From Podarcis vaucheri (Eukaryota), in NCBI GenBank assembly GCA_965113315.1, contig OZ220363.1: a stretch of 64,000 nucleotides of DNA. One strand, 5' to 3'. The notes under the pieces were generated by a model. The model saw nothing but the letters and a program-made list of their open reading frames with translations, had not been told where the DNA came from and did not search any database. The position numbers and the translations under genes were made by a program. This document shows, piece by piece, positions 34,313 to 48,700 of the stretch; the stretch's first letter is position 1, and each line of letters opens with the position of its first letter.

Positions 34313-36044
34313 AAAGGTTCAAAGATGTGAATTTTGGGTTAAAAGTTCTAACTCTTCATCTTATCCAATCACCCAGAAACCCCACCTTTCTCAATTTGAG
34401 AAACCCTCCTTTCACAATTTCCCAGGTATCCCTAATGCACTGGGATCTGGCAGCCATTTTAAGCCTATGTCCAGATGGTTATTACCCTAGTTATGGTCTT
34501 TCCTGATAGTATTCAGTATTCCATTGCACATGCATTGCAGCTCCACCAAGACGCAAATTCGGGAAGTTATGTCCAGTGTTCAGTAACTGCTGTAGGTGAG
34601 CACCTGGCACAACCTTGAACTGAAGGCAAGATGGCAGTAATGCTACACAAGCCATCATATCCTTTAGTATCTTCTCAGTTCCAGTTCTCACAACCACCCA
34701 AAGTTGTAGTAAGCATGTGTCTTGTACTATGTCAGGATCTAGGTGGGAATACACACAATTGCATACTGTACCATACAGTTTTGTTTGTTGTTGAAAACTA
34801 GTGCATTTGGAGTGAAGAATAGAACTTTGCTCTTCATGCTAATGGACACGACAGCTTGAGGTGGTTTCTTAATGCTGCTGTTCCCCTTTATTGCCTCTCA
34901 TTTAACAGCTACCCTAAGGTAACTGAGAAGTCTGTAAAGCCTATTAACAGCAGGTGTCATTTGAGGTTGGATAGCTGAGTAAATTAAAGGAATAGAGATA
35001 CAGCTATAACTCTCCTAACTCATCTAACCTAAGTTCTTCCATGCAATGTGGAAACCGTTGTCAGTTCAGCTTCCTTTTCTGCTAGATTCTCAAAGCAAGA
35101 TGATTAATCCAGTTTAGCTGCTTTTGATTCTATGGGCTCTACACCTAGTGTTCCCAGAGTTCAGCCCCATGCACAGCAAAGATTGACTTTCCAAACAAAT
35201 GGTGCTAAGCTTGCAAAATTAGTTTACTACAGGTGCATTGAGTTCTTCAGCATATATGGTTTTCAGCCCATGGACTGCATTCCCTTCAGGCAGGCTTCCA
35301 AGGACCACATGCTAGTGCTGGTAATTGTAAATTTTAACTTTGAACTGTAGGTTCTTTCTATCCTACATCCAGGCAAGCAAAGGGCATTATCACAATGCTA
35401 GGACACATTTCAGCCCGGCAAAAACACTCAAGCGGGGCTGCTAAGAAGAGTCCTAAGGATTAGATAGTGAGGCTTGGTGGATTGCATTTCGGGCCCGAGC
35501 CTGAGTTTTCTTATCTCAGACACACTGCGTGATACAGTAGCTCTCACAAAAGCCTGCTTTTATTTGAGTGTAAGATTATGGCTCACATATCCACATTTAT
35601 GCAGAAGTAAGCCCTACAATGTTCAGCATAGCTTGTTTACAGCTGAATGTGTTTAGAATTGCAACCTTACTTTTTTCATTTGTACATTCCCCCACTAATT
35701 CCCAACACAAATATGGAAGATAATTTTTCATGTTCAATTTTGTAACAAATGTTTCAAGTTAGGTAGATTATGTGGCAAAATGTTCATATATTTTCTGCAT
35801 CTAAGTGTGTTTTTGGCATAGGGTGTAATTCAGTGTAGCACTTAGTGGTGTAGGTATGCATGAAATGAGGTCCTCAATCCTCTAGCACAAATTTTAGGGG
35901 AAGAGGGAGTCCTGTTGCATGAATGGATGTCATTCTGCACCCACAACTTATTTTTTAAGACCTCTGGGTGGGATTCAACTCTCTTCCACCAATTGCCTCT
36001 GGGCTACATCCATATGGAGGAACATGTGAGAAAACAAACCAGGT

Positions 36045-36050
36045 TTTATT
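36045..36050 (-). terminator. Candidate poly(A) signal of STK36
   Basis: TTTATT on + (AATAAA on -), about 700 nt after the STK36 stop; a second candidate at 36262-36267. Confidence 0.5.
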
Positions 36051-36756
36051 ACAAAAGCACACTATTAAATATAAAAAAACAAGAGACCAACTGGGTCAGG
36101 GTCCTAGTCAAAGAAATACTGAAACAAATAATGCATGCAATCCATTACAGTTGATCAGAGGCTCCAGGGGGGATACTATAACTCCTATCAAAAACTGAAA
36201 ATGCTTCCTGCCTTCTGACCCACAACTTAGCCTGCAAAAGTCAAAGCAAAAGATGTACTACTTTATTCTGGCCAGCGATGCCACTGTTCTCTTTCTACTT
36301 TTAAGTAGCGATGCTTGGTGGCTTGTGGCTGTCCATTCTTCTTCTTCAAGGGGAAAGGAAGAAATTCTCAGAAAAAAAAGAAAAAACAACTTCATGAAAG
36401 ATCAGTATCCCAAGGCACTTAATGTAGAGTGCACTGAGCTAAGGTTTTTGCTACACATGAGCTACACGTCTTGTTTAGGTAGGAGAACATAGCAGCTTGG
36501 CTTTTTCCGTGGATGGTTCATAGCAAGAAAATGGTGAATGGATCTGAACAGCGGACTGTGGCACCTCTGTTCAGATGATGTAAAACAGAGTTCTACTTCC
36601 AACTACTTCCAACTTCAGCTAGAAAGACTAGCACGCTCTTGACATTTTGGCATATCGAAGGCCACTCCAAGACAGTAGCTGCAATCATATTTCAGCTCCA
36701 TGGTTCTCAAAACCTGGTGTTTGGAAGGAAGAGCACATTGGAACCCTCTTGAATTC

Positions 36757-39700
36757 TCAGGCACTGTGTGCAGGCTGCAGGAGGTGGATCAATTTCTTAC
36801 AATGCCTTGATGATGAGGGCCGTGGGCTGCTGTAGGCACTAGTCTGAGGTTTGTTACATGAAAGTGCTTCCAACTTTTCACTTGCTCCGAGTGACACCAG
36901 CACCTGGAAAGGAGATTGGGACAGATATATGTTGTGCCCTGGCATAGCCTATTGTGCTAAGCTATGTAGGGCATTAGCACAATTACTTAGAGAGGGCTTG
37001 TGTTTTTAATCCTGCCTCCAACATCACTTCCGCATTATCAGGACACTGTGTTGGGATTTCCATCTACTGCAAGTAATGCACAGCTGATTGAGGAATATGT
37101 TACGTTGGGGATGGGACTGAAAACGAGGCCCCTTTTTGAGTAATTATGGTAACTCCCTCAATGTGAATAACACAGCAATAGGATTCTATAGAGAGCCTCA
37201 TAACTCCAGTGTATCTTCAACGTCTGGTACCGAGAAAGATGTCATTCTGACAGAGCTGTTCAATAGTGGAACGAACAGACTCCCATGAAAGGTGTTGGAC
37301 TCTCCTTCCTTGGAAGTTGTTAAACGGAGGTTGGATGGCCACTTGTCACATACAATCTAGTTGAGATTCCTGCATTGTAGGGGGTTGGGCTAGATGACCC
37401 TTCCAACTTTATAATTCTATGATTCTTGGGGAACACAGTCATGTTTTCATAGAAAGGGGACTAGCAACTTAGGGTTGTATTCAGTGTACTGTCGGTGCAA
37501 GGCCTTTTGGCTGTGCAAAGTAACTCCCCTTCCTCCCTGCATACCCTCTAAGTCTGTTACGGGGCTTCCACAGCCATACAAAGCAAATTTGGGGAAGGTT
37601 TGAGGTGCACAAGAATCAAGGAGAGTTCCATTGCACAAATGCCAATCCTGGCACTAACAGAGCAAGTGCATTGGATACCACCCTTACACATAAAAAGTGA
37701 TGATTGTAACTAGGTAAAGGAAGAATGAGATCTACTGGTGGGTGACCTAATATAAGCTCAGAGACACTTTGAACCAACAGAAAGTTATCATGGAAAAAAC
37801 ATCTATTCCTTGAGAATCCAGTGGTGGGATAGTTTGGAGCTCACTTATGTGCAACTGTTTTTGAAAGAATGGAACAGGTTGAGTTATATTGATAACAGCT
37901 TATTAAGATGGCAAAGCAAGTCAGGTATCACACACTGACTGTTTGTAAAGTGCTTCTCTCATAGAAAGGAAGGGTCAAGAGAATATGGCAGCTAATAGCA
38001 GCAATGAACTCTCAAGCCTGCCCCACCCCCCGCCAACAAGAACCTACCAATGTCTCTTTTTTTTTTTGCCCCAATGTACAAACCTCAATTCTTGACCAGC
38101 AAGCAAAGCTTCATTATCCTCAACAACCATGGCAGGTAACCTTGCAATAAGGCTTCCGTTATGCATTGTCAGGAATTAACTGAAGCACAATAAATCTGAC
38201 TGCTGGTTTATTAGGGCCTGCCCTCAGCTGGCCGAGTCTTTTCCCTCCACAGTTGCTGAACTAATACCTGGTGGATCCTGGGCTGCTGGCCAATAGATCG
38301 AAGAGCAATGAGTGCTGCCTCTTGCACAGCTGGTTGCGAATCATGGCAGGCCACATCCAATAGACGACCGGGTACCCTGCTCTGGATCAGCAAATCCTCC
38401 AGTTCCACCGACTGGCGGCCCAAGTTGCCCAGTGCTGAAGCTGCATTACAGCGGGTCTTGGCTTGAGGATCACTCAGGAGCTGAACAACCCAGGGGACTG
38501 CTTTGCTGAGGGCTGGAGTAAGAGGACCAGCCTGGTAGGCTGCATTGCCAACAGCAAAGCTGGCTGAGCGCCGCACATGTTCATCCTCATCCGAAAGGCA
38601 TTCCAGCAGATGTTCCAGCAGCCCAATCTGGTCCTGCAGAACCTGAGGAAACCCCTGTCTGTGGCGCAGCAGGTTCCCCAAAAGGCTACAAGTTTTGGCA
38701 CGAACCGGGCATTCTTGGTGGCACAGCAGGTGGCTCAGTGGTTGGGAAGCAGAGTCTGAACCACATAGGAGTCTCTGTAGGAAAGGCAGGTGAGCTGGAC
38801 TGGCCCGGGCTATGTGGGTGAGCAGAGAGAGCAAGTCTGCAGTAAGGGCTACTTGGTCTGATAGCAAAATGGCAGACAAGAAGGCAACAGCATGCTTTGA
38901 GGCAGCCACCCCCACCACCTGCTCAATGACTCCCTCGTCACTCAGCACCAAGTGGCACAGGAGACTCAATGGCAACTCTGTCTCTGAGAAGGGAAGGTGG
39001 TGAATGCAGGCCTACAAAGAAAGCAAAAGCAGAATAGTGTCTCAAAGTGTGCATACCAGTATGAAGTTGGCACCAACAAAGTTGTGTTTGTGCAAAAACT
39101 TTTGCTTATGCAATGGAACTTCCTTTCTTCACCCTAGCCACAAAATCTATTTGTAGTCTTTCCACAAACTGGACAACTTTGTTGGACATAACTCTGAACC
39201 TTTATCATTCTAAAAATGTTTCCCATAAAGGGTAAAAATTCCCTTATGTCTTTATGAGGCTGGCATTTCCATCCCTTTCCCAGCCTACAACCAGCTTCAA
39301 AAAAGGCATTTGGTGCCTCATTTTATGAAAAGCAGTTTTTTGAGTGCATCCACATAAGCACAACCACCATGAATCAGGATGAAAGGCATTGCTTTGTGTG
39401 GAGCAGGACAACTGGTCTGGCTAAGGCAGAGTCTGCATCCTTGGGGAAAGTGGCTTCACTTTTCTAGTGCTTAGACGACCAACATGAGAAAAGCTTTACC
39501 TGGAGTAACCGTGCAGGGATTTCAGAGTCCCTTAGACCTGTTGTGATAAGCTCTAAAGTTTCAGGGTCCATGTCCAGAGCAAAGGGGAAACAGAACAGCT
39601 GGCAAATTTGGAGCACAACAGCTGACACCAGCTCTGGGTCACCATCCTCTTGCATCTGCCTGGAAGAGGGAGCAAAGCTGTCATAGTGAAGTATTAACTT

Positions 39701-42700
39701 CCAGCTGAAAGTATATTTGGGCTGCAATAGTAAGCTCCAGATGCTTGACTGAAACAGCCTAGTGAAACAATATCTATTAGTAACCATGCCACAATAGCAG
39801 TAAGGGGAGATTTGTTGCTCAATATGCATATTTTGCATGCAAAATGTCCCAGGTTCAATCCCCATATGGGGCCGAAAAAGAAGACTCCGGTCTGAAACCC
39901 TGGAGAGCCTCTTATCAAGTGTAGACAATAAATAAAAATGAGGTAGACTAATAGTCTAACTTGGTATAAGGCAACATTCTATATTCCATCTGCCCTGCCC
40001 TGGCCTTCAGTCATTACATGCTGCTTTTAAGGGATGTCTTGAACAAAAAGTTAATTGCTCTGAGCCAAATCACTGTTTTTCATAAAAGAAGCAAATATGC
40101 TCTTTTATAGATATGTTGCACCAAGCAGGACACGGGTAGCGCTGTGGTCTAAACCACTGAGCCTAGGGCTTGCTGATCAGAAGGTTGGCGGTTCGAATCC
40201 CGCAATGAGGTGAGCTCCCATTGCTCAGTCCCAGCTCCTACCAACCTAGCAGTTCGAAAACACATCAAAGTGCAAGTAGATAAATAGGTACCACTCCAGC
40301 GGGAAAGTAAACGGCGTTTCTGTGCGCTGCTCTGGTTTCACCAGAAGCGGCTTAGTCATGCTGGCCACATGACCCAGAAAAACTGTCTGTGGACAAACAT
40401 CGGCTCCCTTGGCCACTATAGCGAGGTGAGTGGCGCAACCCCAGAGTCGTTCGCGACTGAACTTAACTGTCAGGGGTCCTTTAACTTTTTTGTGTTATAC
40501 CAAAGCAGAAATAGGCTTAATGTGCACACCTTATTTTGACTGTAATTTTTTGAATTAGGAATCAAATACATTGGCGAAGTTTGGAAAAGGGCAAGGAATA
40601 AGGTGTACATAGGGATGCTATAATAAGAAGCTGAAACTGAGGATAGTTTGGGAGATATGCAGAGCACAACTAGTGCCTCTTTCTAACCTAATTAATCCAG
40701 TGGCCTGTTCAATAAAAACCTTTACGGACAAGTATAATCCTAAAAACTTCATCTTTAATATAAAAACAAAGGTTGTTAGAAAGCCAGATTCAGCTGCATG
40801 TATCTGGAACATTCCTGAGATTGAACATAGGGACACAGAAGGTTGCATATCATCCACTTCTGCGTCTTGGGGCAGCTTTCTTGCTGAAAATGGGAGTTGG
40901 TAAGAAGGGGAGGAGCTAGACCAAAATCAGGTTTGGGGGAGACTGTATTGCTGTGCTGTGTTTGGGCAAATGACAAGTATGTTTCTATGCAGCAGCCCCC
41001 TGCCCTCGTCCCACTCTAGCAGCATTTAGTTTACTTCCTTCTATAGCTCAGCCCCGGATTTATCACTCACGTTTGTGCCAAGTAAGTCAGGAAGTCAGGT
41101 TCAAGCAGCTTGCTCAGGGTTGCCATCATGACCCCATTGGGCTGGCCCAGCTGGAGAAGGCACTGGTGAGGCTCTCGTGTGAAGATGAAGAGGGCTAAGC
41201 TGAGGAAGAGCAAGGTTCCTACAGCAGGGAAAGCACGAATGAGTACCCCTTAGCCACCTATTCAATGTCTCCTTGCCTTTCCCATTCGGAGAAGTGACTG
41301 CCAGAACCAGGCCTGGCATCATGGAAAGACTGTGAGCATCCTTATATACAGCCTCACCAAGACGAACCTCCTCAGCTCTGTCTTCTGACACGTAAATAGC
41401 AAGAGGAGACGCCCAAGAGGCAATTTGGGGTGGTTCTTACTAAAGGAAAGCCACTTTGTACCTTGTGGTGAGATGAGGTTCCAGTATGGCTCTGGTGCCT
41501 GCTGGCCAGCTCTCGGGGTGTCTCCTTCCATCACTGGCTCCTGAGAAGTCAAGTGGAGCACCATGGCAAAGCGATGCCACACGATGCCCCAGAGTTCGGA
41601 GGTAGCAAACTCCCGCACTACTGCTGCATCTCCCTGACAGAAGAGGAACAAGCCCCAGAGCAGTGAGATGGGAGCCTAAACACCCTATTCTGCATTGCAG
41701 CTCAGGGATTTGGCTCATCGGAGACACCTTAATTCCATGGATGCTCCCTCTGTAGCCTGACAGACCTAAACCCTTTCTGACTGGACCTCTCTTCCCACCT
41801 GTATCTAAAAAGCAGTAAGCTGGGTGTCCACTAAGATGAATTGCTGCACAAAACTCAGCTGATATGCCCAGAAAGGGCAGGGACTTAACTGCCCTCCCCA
41901 TTTTGCTACGGAATTTAAGGTCTTCATCACCACAAACTGCAACATATATTTTCAAAGATGGAACAGAGTCAAGCCTGCAGAATCCTAAGACTCTGCTTTT
42001 GTTTTATTACATTTAAGCTATCACAATATATTTTACTTGGGTGGAAGCAAACTTCTAGCCCATAAGAGGAAAAAACAATGTGGTAATATGCAGGTGGCTA
42101 TAGGTGAGAATTTGGCTGGAGTTTCTTCACACACACAAATATGCATACACAGCAAATTGTAGATAAGAATAGTGCAATGTCCCCAACGGTAATTTTTTTA
42201 ACTTTCAAATTCTATAGAAAGAACTGAGCCACCTAGCCAGAAAACATGCTTGGAAATTATCATATCTGTATAACTATGTTAGCAATCTGGGTTGTTTAGG
42301 TCCAATTCTAGACTGTGCTGTCTTTCTCTATCTCAGTGTTGCCCAACCTCGTGCCCTCCAGATGTTTGGAACTCTGCCTCCCATCACCCCCAGTTAAGTG
42401 TAGATTAGAAAATGGTTGGGGTGGTGGCAATTGCGGCCCAAAACATTGAGGATGCCAGGTTGGGGAAGGCCCAAAGTGGCCCTTCCAGTTGTGGATAGGG
42501 CAACCTCCAAGGAAATCCATGAACAGACAGGACAGCACCTGGATGAGAGCCAGTTCCCTACTGCCAAGAGCTGAGGGGCTACACATGGCCTTGGCAGAAT
42601 TAAGCAAGCCATTTCTTACCCTACCCCATTCTGCTTCACCTAACAGTAAATACTTTCCCTAATACCTCCTGGATCATTTGTGTGCATCCTCTTGAGCAGC

Positions 42701-45700
42701 CTTTGCCAACTAGGTCCCCCAGATGTTAGGCCACAACTGTCTGTTGGACCACATGCTGGCTGGGGCTGATGGGAGCTACAATCTAGCAACATCTGGAGGT
42801 CACCAGGTTGGCCAATGCTAGAGAATGCAAGGAAGCTGCTTGGTGGGGTATGAAGTCATACCTGGCTTAATAGCTGCAGTATCAAGAGCAGGAGCCCATC
42901 ATAGAAGCCAGCTCCCATGGGAGGTGGCAGGCATAGCTGAAAGACACCAAGAGAAAGGACTAGACCTGAGACAGTGACCTCAAAGTCAGCCACTATATGG
43001 CATGACAAGCATGACACAGCCAGTGGCCTATGTGTCCTGATTTGCCCCTGTCTGTCTGGAGCTGGTTTCTTACCTCTGCAGGTTCTGTGAATACAGTAGC
43101 TATAATGGCCATGGCTTCCTCTTGCCTGATCATCACAGCAGCGCCATTTTGAATGAAGCATGTCAGCAGCAATCCTGCAGCACTCTGCATAAGACAGAGA
43201 GACCCCTCTGTGTGCAGGAATGGCCAGAATGCCTTCTTTACTTGCACTGGATGCAAATCTAGTTATTAGACTCCCCGCAGGAATGGCAATGCTGCTTTCT
43301 CCTTCATAGTCTACAGAAGTCCAATCCCGATACCTCTAGTATGACAGGGTAACAGGCAGACCATTTCTTTGCAGTCCAGAAGTACACATTTGTGGGAACA
43401 GTGGGATACCTCTTTTTCACAGCTTGTGAAGCTCTGTCTACAATACCTCCAACTGTGTGAGGGAAGATAACTGTTTGGTCCTTTCCTTGACCTTAGTGAG
43501 AATCCATCACTCGCCATCGGGTGCAGTGTGGAAGAGTTTCTCGTGAGTACAAACCTACAGCTGGGGCTACTGACAATCAGATGACACATATGGGATAAAA
43601 GAATCTATATAGACAGTTCTAAACTCTACTCCGGAGTAGAGATTACTCACTAGAACAGAGGTAGCTGTTGCATGGTTGAAAAGAGCCACGGCTTCCTTCA
43701 GCACTATTTCAGACCTAAACCACAATCAAAGAAATAGCAGCATTAGAAGGATGAAGCAACAAATGCCAAGGCCCTCATCTTTAAAGCTAGCAATACTTGC
43801 CAGACACTTAAGTGTGTGCCTGAAAAAGGAACGGCAGCCAAAAACTAAGGCTGGGGCTGCACTGTGGCTCAAAAAATGTGGTTATGTCATGTAACAGATT
43901 CAGTGGAATCCTAAAAACCAGTAATTTCATTTTCTAAACATCAAGAAAACTTCTTGGCAGCATTGTTGCTCACTGTTGGGTAGTTTCTGCTTCAGACTAA
44001 GAAACCATCAGTTCAACACAGCTTACAGTCACCAGAAGGCTAGTCCTTAACACAGGTGCCAGCTCTCTCCTTATGTATACTCTGTGTAAATAGCTGGGAG
44101 GCTATTGCTACTGGGCCCCACTCTGGGCAAGCTGCTCCTGAGTTTAGGGCAGCTACAGCAAACATTAAAAGAGAGAAGTGGGAGGGATGTATCTGCTTAC
44201 AGAGCACAGTGAAGCACCACTGCACATCTTCCTGCAAAACATCTCTTGGACTGGCACGTTTTGCGATGGGGCATATCCCTCAAAACCAGGGTTGTGTTGG
44301 ACATTTCTGGAGAACTGCAGATCAGTTTCCCTTTTTTGTCAAGTGCCTCCCCATTTTAGCACTGACTCTCCTTACTTCTTGCCAATCCACACCACTCAAG
44401 TTAAGTCTCTGAGAGCCTTTTCCCTTGTTCCCAAGCAGTCAAGGCAAGAATATGAATGGTGCCAAAGCAACAACACTTACTGAGGTGGGAGGATCTGTAG
44501 CTGGAGGAGCAGGAGGGAGAAGAGTCTCAGTGAGGCTTCAGCTGCCTGTACTTGTGCCACTTCAGTCAGTGGGACCTTTCAAAGAGACAAGGCTCAGTCC
44601 TGAAACACTGGCCCCACAAACCATCACCTTTCCATCCCATATCCATTCCTAAGAGAAGCTATCCAATGTTCGTCTCACAATTTTTTGCTCTAAAACCATG
44701 GTTATCTCAGTGCCCCTCCCCTGCCCATGCCAATCATGTTGGAACACCTCTCCTGTTTCCACACCATCCTTTCCCTGATACAGTTTTCAGTTCCTTGCTC
44801 ATTAACTCTCAAACCCCAGCATATCCAGTTAAAAAAGGATCAGGGAGTAGGTTGACGAGAAAGACCCCCTGATTGAGACCAGGGAAAGACACTTCCAGTC
44901 AGAGTGGACAATATCAGATGGGAAAATAGTTTGACCTGGTAAGAGGCAGCTTCCTTTCTCCCCCACCCCACCTTCTTAGAGCTGAGACTTTGTATGTGCT
45001 CATGATGGGGCAGTTCTCTTTGCAGTTTCAGAATAAAAAAATACCTTGCCTTGCAGGGCACAAATCAGGGAACTCAGCCTTTCTGGAGTTGCTAAGCGGT
45101 GGCACAGAGTCAGACTGACATGGCAACAGGCATACAGGACCTGGGTGATGGAAATGCAAAGCAAGGTCAGACCACCGAGGCATCATCACTTTCTTCCCAA
45201 GTGAGGAGGGAAAAGGGAATGCATTAAGGCATGTTGCTTCCAAGGATAAGATGCCCTGGGCACCAATTCCCCGACTCCCAGAGAAGCAAAAGGAACATGG
45301 GGAGACGCGTTACCTTCATCCCATTGAGCGAAGAGGCAGAGCGCTCAATTCCTGAGAGAAGACTTGGCAGCAGGTCATTATCTTTCTCAATGAGCTTCTC
45401 GGCTACTTGCTGAGAGATCTGCAATGGAAATCCCTTAGCCTTCAGTGCTAACACCATTATCAGTTTCCACCACTTGAGGGAGCTATATAGCCAACCTCTC
45501 AGAAACATAAAGGTAAAGGTAAAGGTACTCCTGCCCGTTCGGGCCAGTCTTGACAGACTCTAGGGTTGTGCGCTCATCTCACTCTATAGGCCAGGAGCCA
45601 GCGCTGTCCGCAGACACTTCCAGGTCACGTGGCCAGCGTGACAAGCTGCATCTGGCGAGCCAGCGCAGCACACGGAACGCCGTTTACCTTCCTGCTGGTA

Positions 45701-48700
45701 AGCGGTCCCTATTTATCTACTTGCACCCGGAGGTGCTTTCGAACTGCTAGGTTGGCAGGCGCTGGGACCGAAAGACGGGAGCGCACCCCGCCACGGGGAT
45801 TCGAACCGCCGACCATGAGATCGGCAAGCCCTAGGTGCTGAGATTTTACCCACAGCGCCACCCGCGTCAGAAACATAAATGCCAATAAAACTCCCACCTG
45901 CTTTTTGGCCTTATAACATGTGCTGTGCCCTCCTGGGATGCCGCAGGATGCAGCTAGGGCTGCAGTAGAGGCAACTGCCAAGTGTTCACTCCACTCTTGC
46001 GCTGCCTTTGCTTCTTTGGGGAACACTGTTGGGGGTTGGGGAGCAAACAGAATACACCAAACAAGGTTAAATACACCAACTGGAAGTGGAACAGAAATGC
46101 CACTTACAGTGATATTATCTATTATTGTCTACTTTTATTTGTCACTTTTTTGCTCAAAGTGGACCCAAAGCAACTTACAAGAATAATACAAATATTAAAA
46201 CTAAAACAGAATAAAAACCTAAAAATGCATCCTCCATATAAAAGGGAGGTCTACTACATCCATCCTACCTTTAAATCATCAAACTAAGAGTGAAAAGCCT
46301 GGGTAAAAGAAACATTTTTGCCTTGTGCATAAAAATAGAGATGACACTAGGATTGCCTCTCTGGGCAGAGCACTCCATAATTAGGCAGCCACCACTGAAA
46401 AGGCCTGTTCTCATAGAATTGTAGAGTTGGAAGGGACCCCAAGGTTCATCTAGTCCAACCCCCTGCAATACAGGAATCTCAACTAAAGCATCCATGACAG
46501 ATGACCATCCAACCTCTGCTTAAAAACCTCCAAGGAAGGAGAGTCCACAACCTCCCAAGAGAGACCACTCCACTGTTGAACAGCTCCTACTGTCGGAAAG
46601 TTCTTTCAGATGTTTAGTCTGGAATCAGGAGGCATTTTGCATTATCCCCAAATGCAGTCAGATGGGCACATTCGCCACAGCATTTGTTACCTTCCTGAGC
46701 TGGCTGCTTACAGCTAGCCCCATGGCAGAGCACATCCAGAAGGCGGTGATGCTCCTCAAACAAGCTGGTGTAAAAGGGAATGGAGATGGATGGGCAGGCA
46801 CAATCCATGCTCTCACACAAGTGGGCGAAGCACTGTAAGGATAAGAGACAAAGGATGCTGTTGCAGTGAGGATAGTATAGGTCTGGGAGTTGTGGGGAGC
46901 CTAGAGCAAGAGTGGGGAGACTTTTTCAACCTGAGGCCCGCATTCCCTTCTGGGCAACCTTCCAGAAGCTATATGCTATGCTGTACGTAGCCAAAGACAA
47001 AAGAGGGCACAGAAATGAATGTACTACAAATATGTTATATATTTTGGGATGTAGGAACAATAGCTGCTCCTCATCTTTGAAAAAGTCAAACTCTGGGTTG
47101 GAACCCATTTCTGTCCCAAGCCTTAAAACACACAGGTTCCAGGGGTAGGCAGGGAGAAGTGAACATTAAATTGAGAAGAAAACTGAATTAAATTTAATAT
47201 AGTTTCCCTTAAATTAAATTTAATGAAATTAAATTGAGCATTGAACATTAAAAGGATGCTGATGGGAGAGGGAGAGAGACTGAGACAAGATGGAGATGAG
47301 TAGACCAGGAGATAGGAGGCTTCAAAGGGACCCTTACCATCAGGCTTTGTTCTCGCAGCCTGCTCTCTTGGTCTGCGGGCTGAACCAGCAGTGCAGGTAA
47401 CAGGGCAAGGAAGTGACTGGCAGAACTGTGGAATGCCTGCAAACTAGAGAAGTATCTGTGTTTATAGGTTTGACATAGAAGCTTAGTCTTGAAACATGGC
47501 AGTGAGCTCAACACAGGCACTCAGATTCCCTCTTTTTTTGGCCAGTACTGTATAATTGTGTAATGCTCAGAACCTGTATGATGACAGGTAACTAGGGACA
47601 TTATATGCCATTTCCAGTTCTCAGACTAAATACTGGCACAAGGCATCAGTGTGTGGAATGAAACTGCTTCTTTTTGGTATTTACTGTATTCATGCACACT
47701 GTGCTTTAATTTTGCCTACTCCCATACTGCTGACAACATAGCATAATTCACCTTCATATTTCATCTGCCATGAAAGTGTCTTACCTTTGCTTCTTTCCAC
47801 TCTGCTGTCGGTTGAAATCACTGGCAAAGTAGGCTGACAGGACAGTGATTAAGTCTATCAGTAGGGTGATGTACCAGGGCTGCTGTGGGATAGAGAGAGA
47901 GGTATGTGTTCTTGGGGCTGGATTCCACCTGGTTGGGTGCCCCATAGAAAGAACCAGTAATCAAGAACTACGGGAATCATCTGCCAAGGTAAGAAGAATG
48001 GGAGGAGGAGGAAACTAACAGAGTTCTGAGTAAAGTGGGTTGAATTCTGTGCCAAATTTAACCTTTGTACAGATTCACAGAATCTGTAGAAGAAAGACTG
48101 TTTTCCATTACAGTGTAAACTCCATGCAGCACAAAATTTGGGATCAAAGAATGAGGCTTTTAAATAATCTCACCAATAAATGTTTTTAGTTCCCAGTTAT
48201 CCAGATACATGCTAAACATGCTGGTATCAGCTGTGGTAAGGTCAGACACCCTGGAGGTTTCAAGCAATCAGGTGATAAAGTTACTCAGCCAAGCCCTCGG
48301 TTCTTAGCCCCTTGTCCGCCATTCATACCTCCTCTTCTTCCTAGCTGCTTATGATTCTTGTCAAAATATCCCAGATTCTGCAGAACAATCTAACAGTGCT
48401 TTTAACCTTGTGCAAGTTAAATACTTTTACATAATGAACCTTCTTTTTTTAAAAAAAATCCAAATACTATATGCTTAGTTTGGATTATAGTCCAATAAGA
48501 AAAAGGTCCAAATAACAGCCTGCTATACACCTAGATGCTTTAACTCTTCAAAATGCAAGTACCCGACATGGTGTCCTCCAGATAATGTGGTCATCATCCC
48601 GGACCATTGGCCATGCTGGGAGGGAGGGAGTTGTAGTCCAAAGCATCTGGAGGGCACCACGTTGGCTACCCCCAGTTTTGGCGAATGCCTCTTCTCTACC

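Noticed and set aside
40618-40976. Extra STK36 exon suggested by the ORF track
   Set aside because: The flanking exons (ending 41071, starting 39659) already join in phase and give a full-length protein; no recognisable similarity.
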